Origin: Eledone cirrhosa
Lineage: Eukaryota
Length of the DNA stretch: 64,000 bases
Assembly: GCA_964016885.1 (NCBI GenBank)
Contig: OZ024740.1
Span: 21,080,001 to 21,144,000, forward strand
Direction: 5' to 3'
Shown here piece after piece: positions 44,195 through 59,570 of this stretch. The notes under the pieces are model-generated. The model saw only the letters and a list, made by a program, of their open reading frames with translations. It was not told the origin of the DNA and made no database searches. Both the position numbers and the translations under genes were made by a program. Each line of letters opens with the position of its first letter. Positions within the stretch are counted from its first letter, which is position 1.

Positions 44195-46463
44195 ATGTAC
44201 CATTCTTTCTTTCAATGTTATATTATCAGACTGTATATCTTGGACTACATTAGACAATATACCATTCCTTCTTTCAATGTGATATTATCAGACAGTATAT
44301 CTTGGACTACATTAGACAATGTACCATTCCTTCTTTCAATGTGATATTATCAGACAGTATATCTTGGACTGCATTAGACAATGTACCATTCCTTCGTTCA
44401 AGGTGATATTATCAGACAGTATATCTTGGACTACACTAGACAATGTACCATTCCTTCCTTCAAGGTGATATTATCAGACAGTATATCTTGGACTAAATTA
44501 GACAATGTACCATTCCTTCTTTCAATGTCATATTATCAGACAGTATATCTTGGACTACATTAGACAATATACCATTCCTTCTTTCAATGTGATATTATCA
44601 GACAGTATATCTTGGACTACATTAGACAATGTACCATTCCTTCTTTCAAGGTGATATTATCAGACAGTATATCTTGGACTACATTAGACAATGTACCATT
44701 CCTTCTTTCAAGGTGATATTATCAGACAGTATATCTTGGACTACATTAGACAATGTACCATTCCTTCTTTCAAGGTGATATTATCAGACAGTATATCTTG
44801 GACTACATTAGACAATGTACCATTCCTTCTTTCAATGTTATATTATCAGACAGTATATCTTCGACTACATTAGACAATATACCATTCCTTCTTTCAATGT
44901 GATATTATCAGACAGTATATCTTGGACAACATTAGACAATGTACCATTCTTTCTTTCAAGGTGATATTATCAGACAGTATATCTTGGACTACAATAGACA
45001 ATGTACCATTCCTACTTTCAATGTGATATTATCAGACAGTATATCTTTGACTACATTAGACAATGTACCATAACTTCTTTCAATGTGATATTATCAGACA
45101 GTATATCATGGACTACATTATACAATGTACCATTCCTTCTTTCTATGTTATATTATCAGACTGTATATCTTGGACTACATTAGACAATATACCATTCCTT
45201 CTTTCAATGTGATATTATCAGACAGTATATCTTGGACTACATTAGACAATGTAGCATTCCTTCTTTCAATGTGATATTATCAGACAGTATATCTTGGACT
45301 ACATTATACAATGTACCATTCCTTCTTTCAATGTTATATTATCAGACTGTATATCTTGGACTACATTAGACAATATACCATTCCTTCTTTCAATGTGATA
45401 TTATCAGACAGTATATCTTGGACTACATTAGACAATGTATCGTTCCTTCTTTCAATGTGATATTATCAGACAGTATACCTTGGACAACATTAGACAATAT
45501 ACCATTCCTTCTTTCAATGTGATATTATCAGACAGTATATATTGGACTACATTAGACAATGTGCCATTCCTTCTTTCAAGGTGATATTATCAGACAGTAT
45601 ATCTTGGACTACATTAGACAATGTACCATTCCTTCTATCAAAGTGATATTATCAGACAGTATATCTTGGACTACATTAGACAATGTACCATTCCTTCTTT
45701 CAAGGTGATATTATCAGACAGTATATCTTGGACTACATTAGACAATGTACCATTCCTTCTTTCAATGTTATATTATCAGACAGTATATCTTCGACTACAT
45801 TAGACAATATACCATTCCTTCTTTCAATGTGATATTATCAGACAGTATATCTTGGACAACATTCGACAATGTACCAATCTTTCTTTCAAGGTGATATTAT
45901 CAGACAGTATATCTTGGACTACAATAGACAATGTACCATTCCTACTTTCAATGTGATATTAACAGACAGTATATCTTGGACTACATTAGACAATGTACCA
46001 TTCCTTCTTTCAATGTGATATTATCAGACAGTATATCTTGGACTACATTAGACAATGTACCATTCCTTCTTTCAATGTGATATTATCAGACAGTATATCA
46101 TGGACTACATTATACAATGTACCATTCCTTCTTTCAATGTTATATTATCAGACTGTATATCTTGGACTGCATTAGACAATATACCATTCCTTCTTTCAAT
46201 GTGATATTATCAGACAGTATATCTTGGACTACATTAGACAATGTACCATTCCTTCTTTCAATGTGATATTATCAGACAGTATATCTTGGACTACATTAGA
46301 CAATGTTCCATTCCTTCTTTCAATGGGATATTATCAGAGAGTATATCTTGGACTACATTAGACAATGTACCATTTCTTCTTTCAAGTTGATATTATCAGA
46401 CAGTATATCTTGGACTACATTAGACAATGTACCATTCCTTCTTTCAATGTGATATTATCAGAC

Positions 46464-46550
46464 TGCGTAATGTAGTCCAAGATATACTGTCTGATAATAT
46501 CACATTGAAAGAAGGAATGGTACATTGTCTAATGTAGTCCAAGATATACA
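46464..46550 (-). repeat. 87-bp inverted segment #24 (TGCGT; right end GATATACA)
   Basis: Same left breakpoint, altered right junction. Confidence 0.96.
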
Positions 46551-48137
46551 ATGTACCATTCCTTCTTTCAATGTTATATTATCAGACAGTATATCTTGGA
46601 CTACATTAGTCAATATACCATTCCTTCTTTCAATGTGATATTATCAGACAGTATATCTTGGACTACATTAGACAATGTACCATTCCTTCTTTCAATGTGA
46701 TATTATCAGACAGTATATCTTGGACTGCATTAGACAATGTACCATTCCTTCGTTCAAGGTGATATTATCAGACAGTATATCTTGGACTACACTAGACAAT
46801 GTACCATTCCTTCTTTCAAGGTGATATTATCAGACAGTATATCTTGGACTAAATTAGACAATGTACCATTCCTTCTTTCAATGTCATATTATCAGACAGT
46901 ATATCTTGGACTTCATTAGACAATATACCGTTCCTTCTTTCAATGTGATATTATCAGACAGTATATCTTGGACTACATTAGACAATGTACCATTCCTTCT
47001 TTCAAGGTGATATTATCAGACAGTATATCTTGGACTACATTAGACAATGTACCATTCCTTCTTTCAAGGTGATATTATCAGACAGTATATCTTGGACTAC
47101 ATTAGACAATGTACCATTCCTTCTTTCAAGGTGATATTATCAGACAGTATATCTTGGACTACATTAGACAATGTACCATTCCTTCTTTCAATGTTATATT
47201 ATCAGACAGTATATCTTCGACTACATTAGACAATATACCATTCCTTCTTTCAATGTGATATTATCAGACAGTATATCTTGGACAACATTAGACAATGTAC
47301 CATTCTTTCTTTCAAGGTGATATTATCAGACAGTATATCTTGGACTACAATAGACAATGTACCATTCCTACTTTCAATGTGATATTATCAGACAGTATAT
47401 CTTGGACTACATTAGACAATGTACCATTCCTTCTTTCAATGTGATATTATAAGACAGTATATCATGGACTACATTATACAATGTACCATTCCTTCTTTCA
47501 ATGTTATATTATCAGACTGTATATCTTGGACTACATTAGACAATATACCATTCCTTCTTTCAATGTGATATTATCAGACAGTATATCTTGGACTACATTA
47601 GACAATGTAGCATTCCTTCTTTCAATGTGATATTATCAGACAGTATATCTTGGACTACATTATACAATGTACCATTCCTTCTTTCAATGTTATATTATCA
47701 GACAGTATATCTTGGACTACATTAGTCAATATACCATTCCTTCTTTCAATGTGATATTATCAGACAGTATATCTTGGACTACATTAGACAATGTATCGTT
47801 CCTTCTTTCAATGTCATATTATCAGACAGTATATCTTCGACTACATTAGACAATGTACCATTCCTTCTTTCAATGTGATATTATCAGACGGTATATCTTG
47901 GACTGCATTAGACAATGTACCATTCCTTCGTTCAAGGTGATATTATCAGACAGTATATCTTGGACTACACTAGACAATGTACCATTCCTTCTTTCAAGGT
48001 GATATTATCAGACAGTATATCTTGGACTACATTAGACAATGTAACATTCCTTCTTTCAATGTGATATTATCAGACAGTGTATCTTGCACTACATTAGACA
48101 ATGTACCTTTCCTTCTGTCAATGTGATATTATCAGAC

Positions 48138-48224
48138 TGCCTAATGTAGTCCAAGATATACTGTCTGATAATATCACATTGAAAGAAGGAATGGTACATT
48201 GTCTAATGTAGTCCAAGATATACA
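48138..48224 (-). repeat. 87-bp inverted segment #25 (TGCCT; right end GATATACA)
   Basis: As #23. Confidence 0.96.
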
Positions 48225-50493
48225 ATGTACCATTCCTTCTTTCAATGTTATATTATCAGACTGTATATCTTGGACTACATTAGACAATATACCATTCCTT
48301 CTTTCAATGTGATATTATCAGACAGTATATCTTGGACTACATTAGACAATGTACCATTCCTTCTTTCAATGTGATATTATCAGACAGTATATCTTGGACT
48401 GCATTAGACAATGTACCATTCCTTCGTTCAAGGTGATATTATCAGACAGTATATCTTGGACTACACTAGACAATGTACCATTCCTTCTTTCAAGGTGATA
48501 TTATCAGACAGTATATCTTGGACTAAATTAGACAATGTACCATTCCTTCTTTCAATGTCATATTATCAGACAGTATATCTTGGACTTCATTAGACAATAT
48601 ACCATTCCTTCTTTCAATGTGATATTATCAGACAGTATATCTTGGACTACATTAGACAATGTACCATTCCTTCTTTCAAGGTGATATTATCAGACAGTAT
48701 ATCTTGGACTAGATTAGACAATGTACCATTCCTTCTTTCAAGGTGATATTATCAGACAGTATATCTTGGACTACATTAGACAATGTACCATTCCTTCTTT
48801 CAAGGTGATATTATCAGACAGTATATCTTGGACTACATTAGACAATGTACCATTCCTTCTTTCAATGTTATATTATCAGACAGTATATCTTCGACTACAT
48901 TAGACAATATACCATTCCTTCTTTCAATGTGATATTATCAGACAGTATATCTTGGACAACATTAGACAATGTACCATTCTTTCTTTCAAGGTGATATTAT
49001 CAGACAGTATATCTTGGACTACAATAGATAATGTACCATTCCTACTTTCAATGTGATATTATCAGACAGTATATCTTTGACTACATTAGACAATGTACCA
49101 TAACTTCTTTCAATGTGATATTATCAGACAGTATATCATGGACTACATTATACAATGTACCATTCCTTCTTTCTATGTTATATTATCAGACTGTATATCT
49201 TGGACTACATTAGACAATATACCATTCCTTCTTTCAATGTGATATTATCAGACAGTATATCTTGGACTACATTAGACAATGTAGCATTCCTTCTTTCAAT
49301 GTGATATTATCAGACAGTATATCTTGGACTACATTATACAATGTACCATTCCTTCTTTCAATGTTATATTATCAGACTGTATATCTTGGACTACATTAGA
49401 CAATATACCATTCCTTCTTTCAATGTGATATTACCAGACAGTATATCTTGGACTAAATTAGACAATGTATCGTTCCTTCTTTCAATGTGATATTATCAGA
49501 CAGTATACCTTGGACAACATTAGACAATATACCATTCCTTCTTTCAATGTGATATTATCAGACAGTATATATTGGACTACATTAGACAATGTACCATTCC
49601 TTCTTTCAAGGTTATATTATCAGACAGTATATCTTGGACTACATTAGACAATGTACCATTCCTTCTATCAAAGTGATATTATCAGACAGTATATCTTGGA
49701 CTACATTAGACAATGTACCATTCCTTCTTTCAAGTTGATATTATCAGACAGTATATCTTGGACTACATTAGACAATGTACCATTCCTTCTTTCAATGTTA
49801 TATTATCAGACAGTATATCTTCGACTACATTAGACAATATACCATTCCTTCTTTCAATGTGATATTATCAGACAGTATATCTTGGACAACATTCGACAAT
49901 GTACCATTCTTTCTTTCAAGGTGATATTATCAGACAGTATATCTTGGACTACAATAGACAATGTACCATTCCTACTTTCAATGTGATATTAACAGACAGT
50001 ATATCTTGGACTACATTAGACAATGTACCATTCCTTCTTTCAATGTGATATTATCAGACAGTATATCTTGGACTACATTAGACAATGTACCATTCCTTCT
50101 TTCAATGTGATATTATCAGACAGTATATCATGGACTACATTATACAATGTACCATTCCTTCTTTCAATGTTATATTATCAGACTGTATATCTTGGACTAC
50201 ATTAGACAATATACCATTCCTTCTTTCAATGTGATATTATCAGACAGTATATCTTGGACTACATTAGACAATGTACCATTCCTTCTTTCAATGTGATATT
50301 ATCAGACAGTATATCTTGGACTACATTAGACAATGTTCCATTCCTTCTTTCAATGGGATATTATCAGACAGTATATCTTGGACTACATTAGACAATGTAC
50401 CATTTCTTCTTTCAAGTTGATATTATCAGACAGTATATCTTGGACTACATTAGACAATGTACCATTCCTTCTTTCAATGTGATATTATCAGAC

Positions 50494-50580
50494 TGCGTAA
50501 TGTAGTCCAAGATATACTGTCTGATAATATCACATTGAAAGAAGGAATGGTACATTGTCTAATGTAGTCCAAGATATACT
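50494..50580 (-). repeat. 87-bp inverted segment #26 (TGCGT)
   Basis: Same breakpoints. Confidence 0.97.
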
Positions 50581-51733
50581 ATGTACCATTCCTTCTTTCA
50601 ATGTCATATTATCAGACAGTATATCTTCGACTACAATAGACAATGTACCATTCCTACTTTCAATGTGATATTAACAGACAGTATATCTTGGACTACATTA
50701 GACAATGTACCATTCCTTCCTTCAATGTGATATTATCAGACAGTATATCATGGACTACATTAGACAATGTACCATTCCTTCTTTCAATGTTATATTATCA
50801 GACAGTATATCTTCGACTACATTAGACAATATACCATTCCTTCTTTCAATGTGATATTATCAGACAGTATATCTTGGACAACATTAGACAATGTACCATT
50901 CTTTCTTTCAAGGTGATATTATCAGACAGTATATCTTGGACTACAATAGACAATGTACCATTCCTACTTTCAATGTGATATTATCAGACAGTATATCTTG
51001 GACTACATTAGACAATGTACCATTCCTTCTTTCAATGTGATATTATAAGACAGTATATCATGGACTACATTATACAATGTACCATTCCTTCTTTCAATGT
51101 TATATTATCAGACTGTATATCTTGGACTACATTAGACAATATACCATTCCTTCTTTCAATGTGATATTATCAGACAGTATATCTTGGACTACATTAGACA
51201 ATGTAGCATTCCTTCTTTCAATGTGATATTATCAGACAGTATATCTTGGACTACATTATACAATGTACCATTCCTTCTTTCAATGTTATATTATCAGACA
51301 GTATATCTTGGACTACATTAGTCAATATACCATTCCTTCTTTCAATGTGATATTATCAGACAGTATATCTTGGACTACATTAGACAATGTATCGTTCCTT
51401 CTTTCAATGTCATATTATCAGACAGTATATCTTCGACTACATTAGACAATGTACCATTCCTTCTTTCAATGTGATATTATCAGACGGTATATCTTGGACT
51501 GCATTAGACAATGTACCATTCCTTCGTTTAAGGTGATATTATCAGACAGTATATCTTGGACTACACTAGACAATGTACCATTCCTTCTTTCAAGGTGATA
51601 TTATCAGACAGTATATCTTGGACTACATTAGACAATGTACCATTCCTTCTTTCAATGTGATATTATCAGACAGTGTATCTTGCACTACATTAGACAATGT
51701 ACCATTCCTTCTGTCAATGTGATATTATCAGAC

Positions 51734-51820
51734 TGCCTAATGTAGTCCAAGATATACTGTCTGATAATATCACATTGAAAGAAGGAATGGTACATTGTCT
51801 AATGTAGTCCAAGATATACA
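51734..51820 (-). repeat. 87-bp inverted segment #27 (TGCCT; right end GATATACA)
   Basis: As #23 and #25. Confidence 0.96.
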
Positions 51821-54089
51821 ATGTACCATTCCTTCTTTCAATGTTATATTATCAGACTGTATATCTTGGACTACATTAGACAATATACCATTCCTTCTTT
51901 CAATGTGATATTATCAGACAGTATATCTTGGACTACATTAGACAATGTACCATTCCTTCTTTCAATGTGATATTATCAGACAGTATATCTTGGACTGCAT
52001 TAGACAATGTACCATTCCTTCGTTCAAGGTGATATTATCAGACAGTATATCTTGGACTACACTAGACAATGTACCATTCCTTCTTTCAAGGTGATATTAT
52101 CAGACAGTATATCTTGGACTAAATTAGACAATGTACCATTCCTTCTTTCAATGTCATATTATCAGACAGTATATCTTGGACTTCATTAGACAATATACCA
52201 TTCCTTCTTTCAATGTGATATTATCAGACAGTATATCTTGGACTACATTAGACAATGTACCATTCCTTCTTTCAAGGTGATATTATCAGACAGTATATCT
52301 TGGACTAGATTAGACAATGTACCATTCCTTCTTTCAAGGTGATATTATCAGACAGTATATCTTGGACTACATTAGACAATGTACCATTCCTTCTTTCAAG
52401 GTGATATTATCAGACAGTATATCTTGGACTACATTAGACAATGTACCATTCCTTCTTTCAATGTTATATTATCAGACAGTATATCTTCGACTACATTAGA
52501 CAATATACCATTCCTTCTTTCAATGTGATATTATCAGACAGTATATCTTGGACAACATTAGACAATGTACCATTCTTTCTTTCAAGGTGATATTATCAGA
52601 CAGTATATCTTGGACTACAATAGATAATGTACCATTCCTACTTTCAATGTGATATTATCAGACAGTATATCTTTGACTACATTAGACAATGTACCATAAC
52701 TTCTTTCAATGTGATATTATCAGACAGTATATCATGGACTACATTATACAATGTACCATTCCTTCTTTCTATGTTATATTATCAGACTGTATATCTTGGA
52801 CTACATTAGACAATATACCATTCCTTCTTTCAATGTGATATTATCAGACAGTATATCTTGGACTACATTAGACAATGTAGCATTCCTTCTTTCAATGTGA
52901 TATTATCAGACAGTATATCTTGGACTACATTATACAATGTACCATTCCTTCTTTCAATGTTATATTATCAGACTGTATATCTTGGACTACATTAGACAAT
53001 ATACCATTCCTTCTTTCAATGTGATATTACCAGACAGTATATCTTGGACTAAATTAGACAATGTATCGTTCCTTCTTTCAATGTGATATTATCAGACAGT
53101 ATACCTTGGACAACATTAGACAATATACCATTCCTTCTTTCAATGTGATATTATCAGACAGTATATATTGGACTACATTAGACAATGTACCATTCCTTCT
53201 TTCAAGGTTATATTATCAGACAGTATATCTTGGACTACATTAGACAATGTACCATTCCTTCTATCAAAGTGATATTATCAGACAGTATATCTTGGACTAC
53301 ATTAGACAATGTACCATTCCTTCTTTCAAGGTGATATTATCAGACAGTATATCTTGGACTACATTAGACAATGTACCATTCCTTCTTTCAATGTTATATT
53401 ATCAGACAGTATATCTTCGACTACATTAGACAATATACCATTCCTTCTTTCAATGTGATATTATCAGACAGTATATCTTGGACAACATTCGACAATGTAC
53501 CATTCTTTCTTTCAAGGTGATATTATCAGACAGTATATCTTGGACTACAATAGACAATGTACCATTCCTACTTTCAATGTGATATTAACAGACAGTATAT
53601 CTTGGACTACATTAGACAATGTACCATTCCTTCTTTCAATGTGATATTATCAGACAGTATATCTTGGACTACATTAGACAATGTACCATTCCTTCTTTCA
53701 ATGTGATATTATCAGACAGTATATCATGGACTACATTATACAATGTACCATTCCTTCTTTCAATGTTATATTATCAGACTGTATATCTTGGACTACATTA
53801 GACAATATACCATTCCTTCTTTCAATGTGATATTATCAGACAGTATATCTTGGACTACATTAGACAATGTACCATTCCTTCTTTGAATGTGATATTATCA
53901 GACAGTATATCTTGGACTACATTAGACAATGTTCCATTCCTTCTTTCAATGGGATATTATCAGACAGTATATCTTGGACTACATTAGACAATGTACCATT
54001 TCTTCTTTCAAGTTGATATTATCAGACAGTATATCTTGGACTACATTAGACAATGTACCATTCCTTCTTTCAATGTGATATTATCAGAC

Positions 54090-54176
54090 TGCGTAATGTA
54101 GTCCAAGATATACTGTCTGATAATATCACATTGAAAGAAGGAATGGTACATTGTCTAATGTAGTCCAAGATATACT
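54090..54176 (-). repeat. 87-bp inverted segment #28 (TGCGT)
   Basis: Same breakpoints. Confidence 0.97.
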
Positions 54177-54771
54177 ATGTACCATTCCTTCTTTCAATGT
54201 CATATTATCAGACAGTATATCTTCGACTACAATAGACAATGTACCATTCCTACTTTCAATGTGATATTAACAGACAGTATATCTTGGACTACATTAGACA
54301 ATGTACCATTCCTTCCTTCAATGTGATATTATCAGACAGTATATCATGGACTACATTATACAATGTACCATTCCTTCTTTCAATGTTATATTATCAGACT
54401 GTATATCTTGGACTACATTAGACAATATACCATTCCTTCTTTCAATGTGATATTATCAGACAGTATATCTTGGACTACATTAGACAATGTACCATTCCTT
54501 CTTTCAATGTGATATTATCAGACGGTATATCTTGGACTGCATTAGACAATGTACCATTCCTTCGTTCAAGGTGATATTATCAGACAGTATATCTTGGACT
54601 ACACTAGACAATGTACCATTCCTTCTTTCAAGGTGATATTATCAGACAGTATATCTTGGACTACATTAGACAATGTACCATTCCTTCTTTCAATGTGATA
54701 TTATCAGACAGTGTATCTTGCACTACATTAGACAATGTACCATTCCTTCTGTCAATGTGATATTATCAGAC

Positions 54772-54858
54772 TGCCTAATGTAGTCCAAGATATACTGTCT
54801 GATAATATCACATTGAAAGAAGGAATGGTACATTGTCTAATGTAGTCCAAGATATACT
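54772..54858 (-). repeat. 87-bp inverted segment #29 (TGCCT)
   Basis: Same breakpoints. Confidence 0.97.
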
Positions 54859-56196
54859 ATGTACCATTCCTTCTTTCAATGTCATATTATCAGACAGTAT
54901 ATCTTCGACTACAATAGACAATGTACCATTCCTACTTTCAATGTGATATTAACAGACATTATATCTTGGACTACATTAGACAATGTACCATTCCTTCTTT
55001 CAATGTGATATTATCAGACAGTATATCATGGACTACATTATACAATGTACCATTCCTTCTTTCAATGTTATATTATCAGACTGTATATCTTGGACTACAT
55101 TAGACAATATACCATTCATCTTTCAATGTGATATTATCAGACAGTATATATTGGACTACATTAGACAATGTACCATTCCTTCTTTCAATGTGATATTATC
55201 AGACAGTATATCTTGGACTGCATTAGACAATGTACCAGTCCTTCGTTCAAGGTGATATTATCAGACAGTATATCTTGGACTACACTAGACAATGTACCAT
55301 TCCTTCTTTCAAGGTGATATTATCAGACAGTATATCTTGGACTAAATTAGACAATGTACCATTCCTTCTTTCAATGTCATATTATCAGACAGTATATCTT
55401 GGACTTCATTAGACAATATACCATTCCTTCTTTCAATGTGATATTATCAGACAGTATATCTTGGACTACATTAGACAATGTACCATTCCTTCTTTCAAGG
55501 TGATATTATCAGACAGTATATCTTGGACTACATTAGACAATGTACCATTCCTTCTTTCAAGGTGATATTATCAGACAGTATATCTTGGACTACATTAGAC
55601 AATCTACCATTCCTTCTTTCAAGGTGATATTATCAGACAGTATATCTTGGACTACATTAGACAATGTACCATTCCTTCTTTCAATGTTATATTATCAGAC
55701 AGTATATCTTCGACTACATTAGACAATATACCATTCCTTCTTTCAATGTGATATTATCAGACAGTATATCTTGGACTACATTAGACAATGTACCATTCCC
55801 TCTTTCAATGTGATATTATCAGACAGTATATCATGGACTACATTATACAATGTACCATTCCTTCTTTCAATGTTATATTATCAGACTGTATATCTTGGAC
55901 TACATTAGACAATATACCATTCCTTCTTTCAATGTGATATTATCAGACAGTATATCTTGGACTACATTAGACAATGTACCATTCCTTCTTTCAATGTGAT
56001 ATTATCAGACAGTATATCTTGGACTACATTAGACAATGTTCCATTCCTTCTTTCAATGGGATATTATCAGACAGTATATCTTGGACTACATTAGACAATG
56101 TACCATTTCTTCTTTCAAGTTGATATTATCAGACAGTATATCTTGGACTACATTAGACAATGTACCATTCCTTCTTTCAATGTGATATTATCAGAC

Positions 56197-56283
56197 TGCG
56201 TAGTGTAGTCCAAGATATACTGTCTGATAATATCACATTGAAAGAAGGAATGGTACATTGTCTAATGTAGTCCAAGATATACT
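56197..56283 (-). repeat. 87-bp inverted segment #30 (TGCGTAGTG variant)
   Basis: Same breakpoints, one extra substitution near the junction. Confidence 0.97.
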
Positions 56284-56816
56284 ATGTACCATTCCTTCTT
56301 TCAATGTCATATTATCAGACAGTATATCTTCGACTACAATAGACAATGTACCATTCCTACTTTCAATGTGATATTAACAGACAGTATATCTTGGACTACA
56401 TTAGACAATGTACCATTCCTTCCTTCAATGTGATATTATCAGACAGTATATCATGGACTACATTATACAATGTACCATTCCTTCTTTCAATGTTATATTA
56501 TCAGACTGTATATCTTGGACTACATTAGACAATATACCATTCCTTCTTTCAATGTGATATTATCAGACAGTATATCTTGGACTACATTAGACAATGTACC
56601 ATTCCTTCTTTCAATGTGATATTATCAGACGGTATATCTTGGACTGCATTAGACAATGTACCATTCCTTCGTTCAAGGTGATATTATCAGACAGTATATC
56701 TTGGACTACACTAGACAATGTACCATTCCTTCTTTCAATGTGATATTATCAGACAGTGTATCTTGCACTACATTAGACAATGTACCATTCCTTCTGTCAA
56801 TGTGATATTATCAGAC

Positions 56817-56903
56817 TGCCTAATGTAGTCCAAGATATACTGTCTGATAATATCACATTGAAAGAAGGAATGGTACATTGTCTAATGTAGTCCAAGATAT
56901 ACT
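56817..56903 (-). repeat. 87-bp inverted segment #31 (TGCCT)
   Basis: Same breakpoints. Confidence 0.97.
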
Positions 56904-59483
56904 ATGTACCATTCCTTCTTTCAATGTCATATTATCAGACAGTATATCTTCGACTACAATAGACAATGTACCATTCCTACTTTCAATGTGATATTAACAG
57001 ACATTATATCTTGGACTACATTAGACAATGTACCATTCCTTCTTTCAATGTGATATTATCAGACAGTATATCATGGACTACATTATACAATGTACCATTC
57101 CTTCTTTCAATGTTATATTATCAGACTGTATATCTTGGACTACATTAGACAATATACCATTCCTTCTTTCAATGTGATATTATCAGACAGTATATATTGG
57201 ACTACATTAGACAATGTACCATTCCTTCTTTCAATGTGATATTATCAGACAGTATATCTTGGACTGCATTAGACAATGTACCAGTCCTTCGTTCAAGGTG
57301 ATATTATCAGACAGTATATCTTGGACTACACTAGACAATGTACCATTCCTTCTTTCAAGGTGATATTATCAGACAGTATATCTTGGACTAAATTAGACAA
57401 TGTACCATTCCTTCTTTCAATGTCATATTATCAGACAGTATATCTTGGACTTCATTAGACAATATACCATTCCTTCCTTCAATGTGATATTATCAGACAG
57501 TATATCTTGGACTACATTAGACAATGTACCATTCCTTCTTTCAAGGTGATATTATCAGACAGTATATCTTGGACTACATTAGACAATGTACCATTCCTTC
57601 TTTCAAGGTGATATTATCAGACAGTATATCTTGGACTACATTAGACAATGTACCATTCCTTCTTTCAAGGTGATATTATCAGACAGTATATCTTGGACTA
57701 CATTAGACAATGTACCATTCCTTCTTTCAATGTTATATTATCAGACAGTATATCTTCGACTACATTAGACAATATACCATTCCTTCTTTCAATGTGATAT
57801 TATCAGACAGTATATCTTGGACAACATTAGACAATGTACCATTCTTTCTTTCAAGGTGATATTATCAGACAGTATATCTTGGACTACAATAGACAATGTA
57901 CCATTCCTACTTTCAATGTGATATTATCAGACAGTATATCTTTGACTACATTAGACAATGTACCATCACTTCTTTCAATGTGATATTATCAGACAGTATA
58001 TCATGGACTACATTATACAATGTACCATTCCTTCTTTCTATGTTATATTATCACACTGTATATCTTGGACTACATTAGACAATATACCATTCCTTCTTTC
58101 AATGTGATATTATCAGACAGTATATCTTGGACTACATTAGACAATGTAGCATTCCTTCTTTCAATGTGATATTATCAGACAGTATATCTTGGACTACATT
58201 AGACAATGTACCATTCCTTCTTTCAATGTTATATTATCAGACTGTATATCTTGGACTACATTAGACAATATACCATTCCTTCTTTCAATGTGATATTATC
58301 AGACAGTATATCTTGGACTACATTAGACAATGTATCGTTCCTTCTTTCAATGTGATATTATCAGACAGTATACCTTGGACAACATTAGACAATATACCAT
58401 TCCTTCTTTCAATGTGATATTATCAGACAGTATATATTGGACTACATTATACAATGTACCATTCCTTCTTTCAAGGTGATATTATCAGACAGTATATCTT
58501 GGACTACATTAGACAATGTACCATTCCTTCTATCAAAGTGATATTATCAGACAGTATATCTTGGACTACATTAGACAATGTACCATTCCTTCTTTCAAGG
58601 TGATATTATCAGACAGTATATCTTGGACTACATTAGACAATGTACCATTCCTTCTTTCAATGTGATATTACCAGACAGTATATCTTGGACTACATTAGAC
58701 AATGTATCGTTCCTTCTTTCAATGTGATATTATCAGACAGTATACCTTGGACAACATTAGACAATATACCATTCCTTCTTTCAATGTGATATTATCAGAC
58801 AGTATATATTGGACTACATTAGACAATGTACCATTCCTTCTTTCAAGGTGATATTATCAGACAGTATATCTTGGACTACATTAGACAATGTACCATTCCT
58901 TCTATCAAAGTGATATTATCAGACAGTATATCTTGTGACTACATTAGACAATGTACCATTCCTTCTTTCAATGTTATATTATCAGACAGTATATCTTCGA
59001 CTACATTAGACAATATACCATTCCTTCTTTCAATGTGATATTATCAGACAGTATATCTTGGACAACATTCGACAATGTACCATTCTTTCTTTCAAGGTGA
59101 TATTATCAGACAGTATATCTTGGACTACAATAGACAATGTACCATTCCTACTTTCAATGTGATATTAACAGACAGTATATCTTGGACTACATTAGACAAT
59201 GTACCATTCCTTCTTTCAATGTGATATTATCAGACAGTATATCTTGGACTACATTAGACAATGTACCATTCCTTCTTTCAATGTGATATTATCAGACAGT
59301 ATATCTTGGACTACATTAGACAATGTACCATTCCTTCTTTCAATGGGATATTATCAGACAGTATATCCTGGACTACATTAGACAATGTACCATTTCTTCT
59401 TTCAAGTTGATATTATCAGACAGTATATCTTGGACTACATTAGACAATGTACCATTCCTTCTTTCAATGTGATATTATCAGAC

Positions 59484-59570
59484 TGCGTAATGTAGTCCAA
59501 GATATACTGTCTGATAATATCACATTGAAAGAAGGAATGGTACATTGTCTAATGTAGTCCAAGATATACT
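59484..59570 (-). repeat. 87-bp inverted segment #32 (TGCGT)
   Basis: Same breakpoints. Confidence 0.97.

Larger units (their letters stand above)
47160..54355 (+). repeat. Two tandem copies of a 58-monomer (3,596 bp) unit
   Basis: Inversions 48138/51734 and 50494/54090, ORF echoes 47667/51263, 48411/52007, 49465/53061, and rare variants GACTAGATT, TAGATAATG, TTACCAGAC shared at +3596. Confidence 0.9.
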
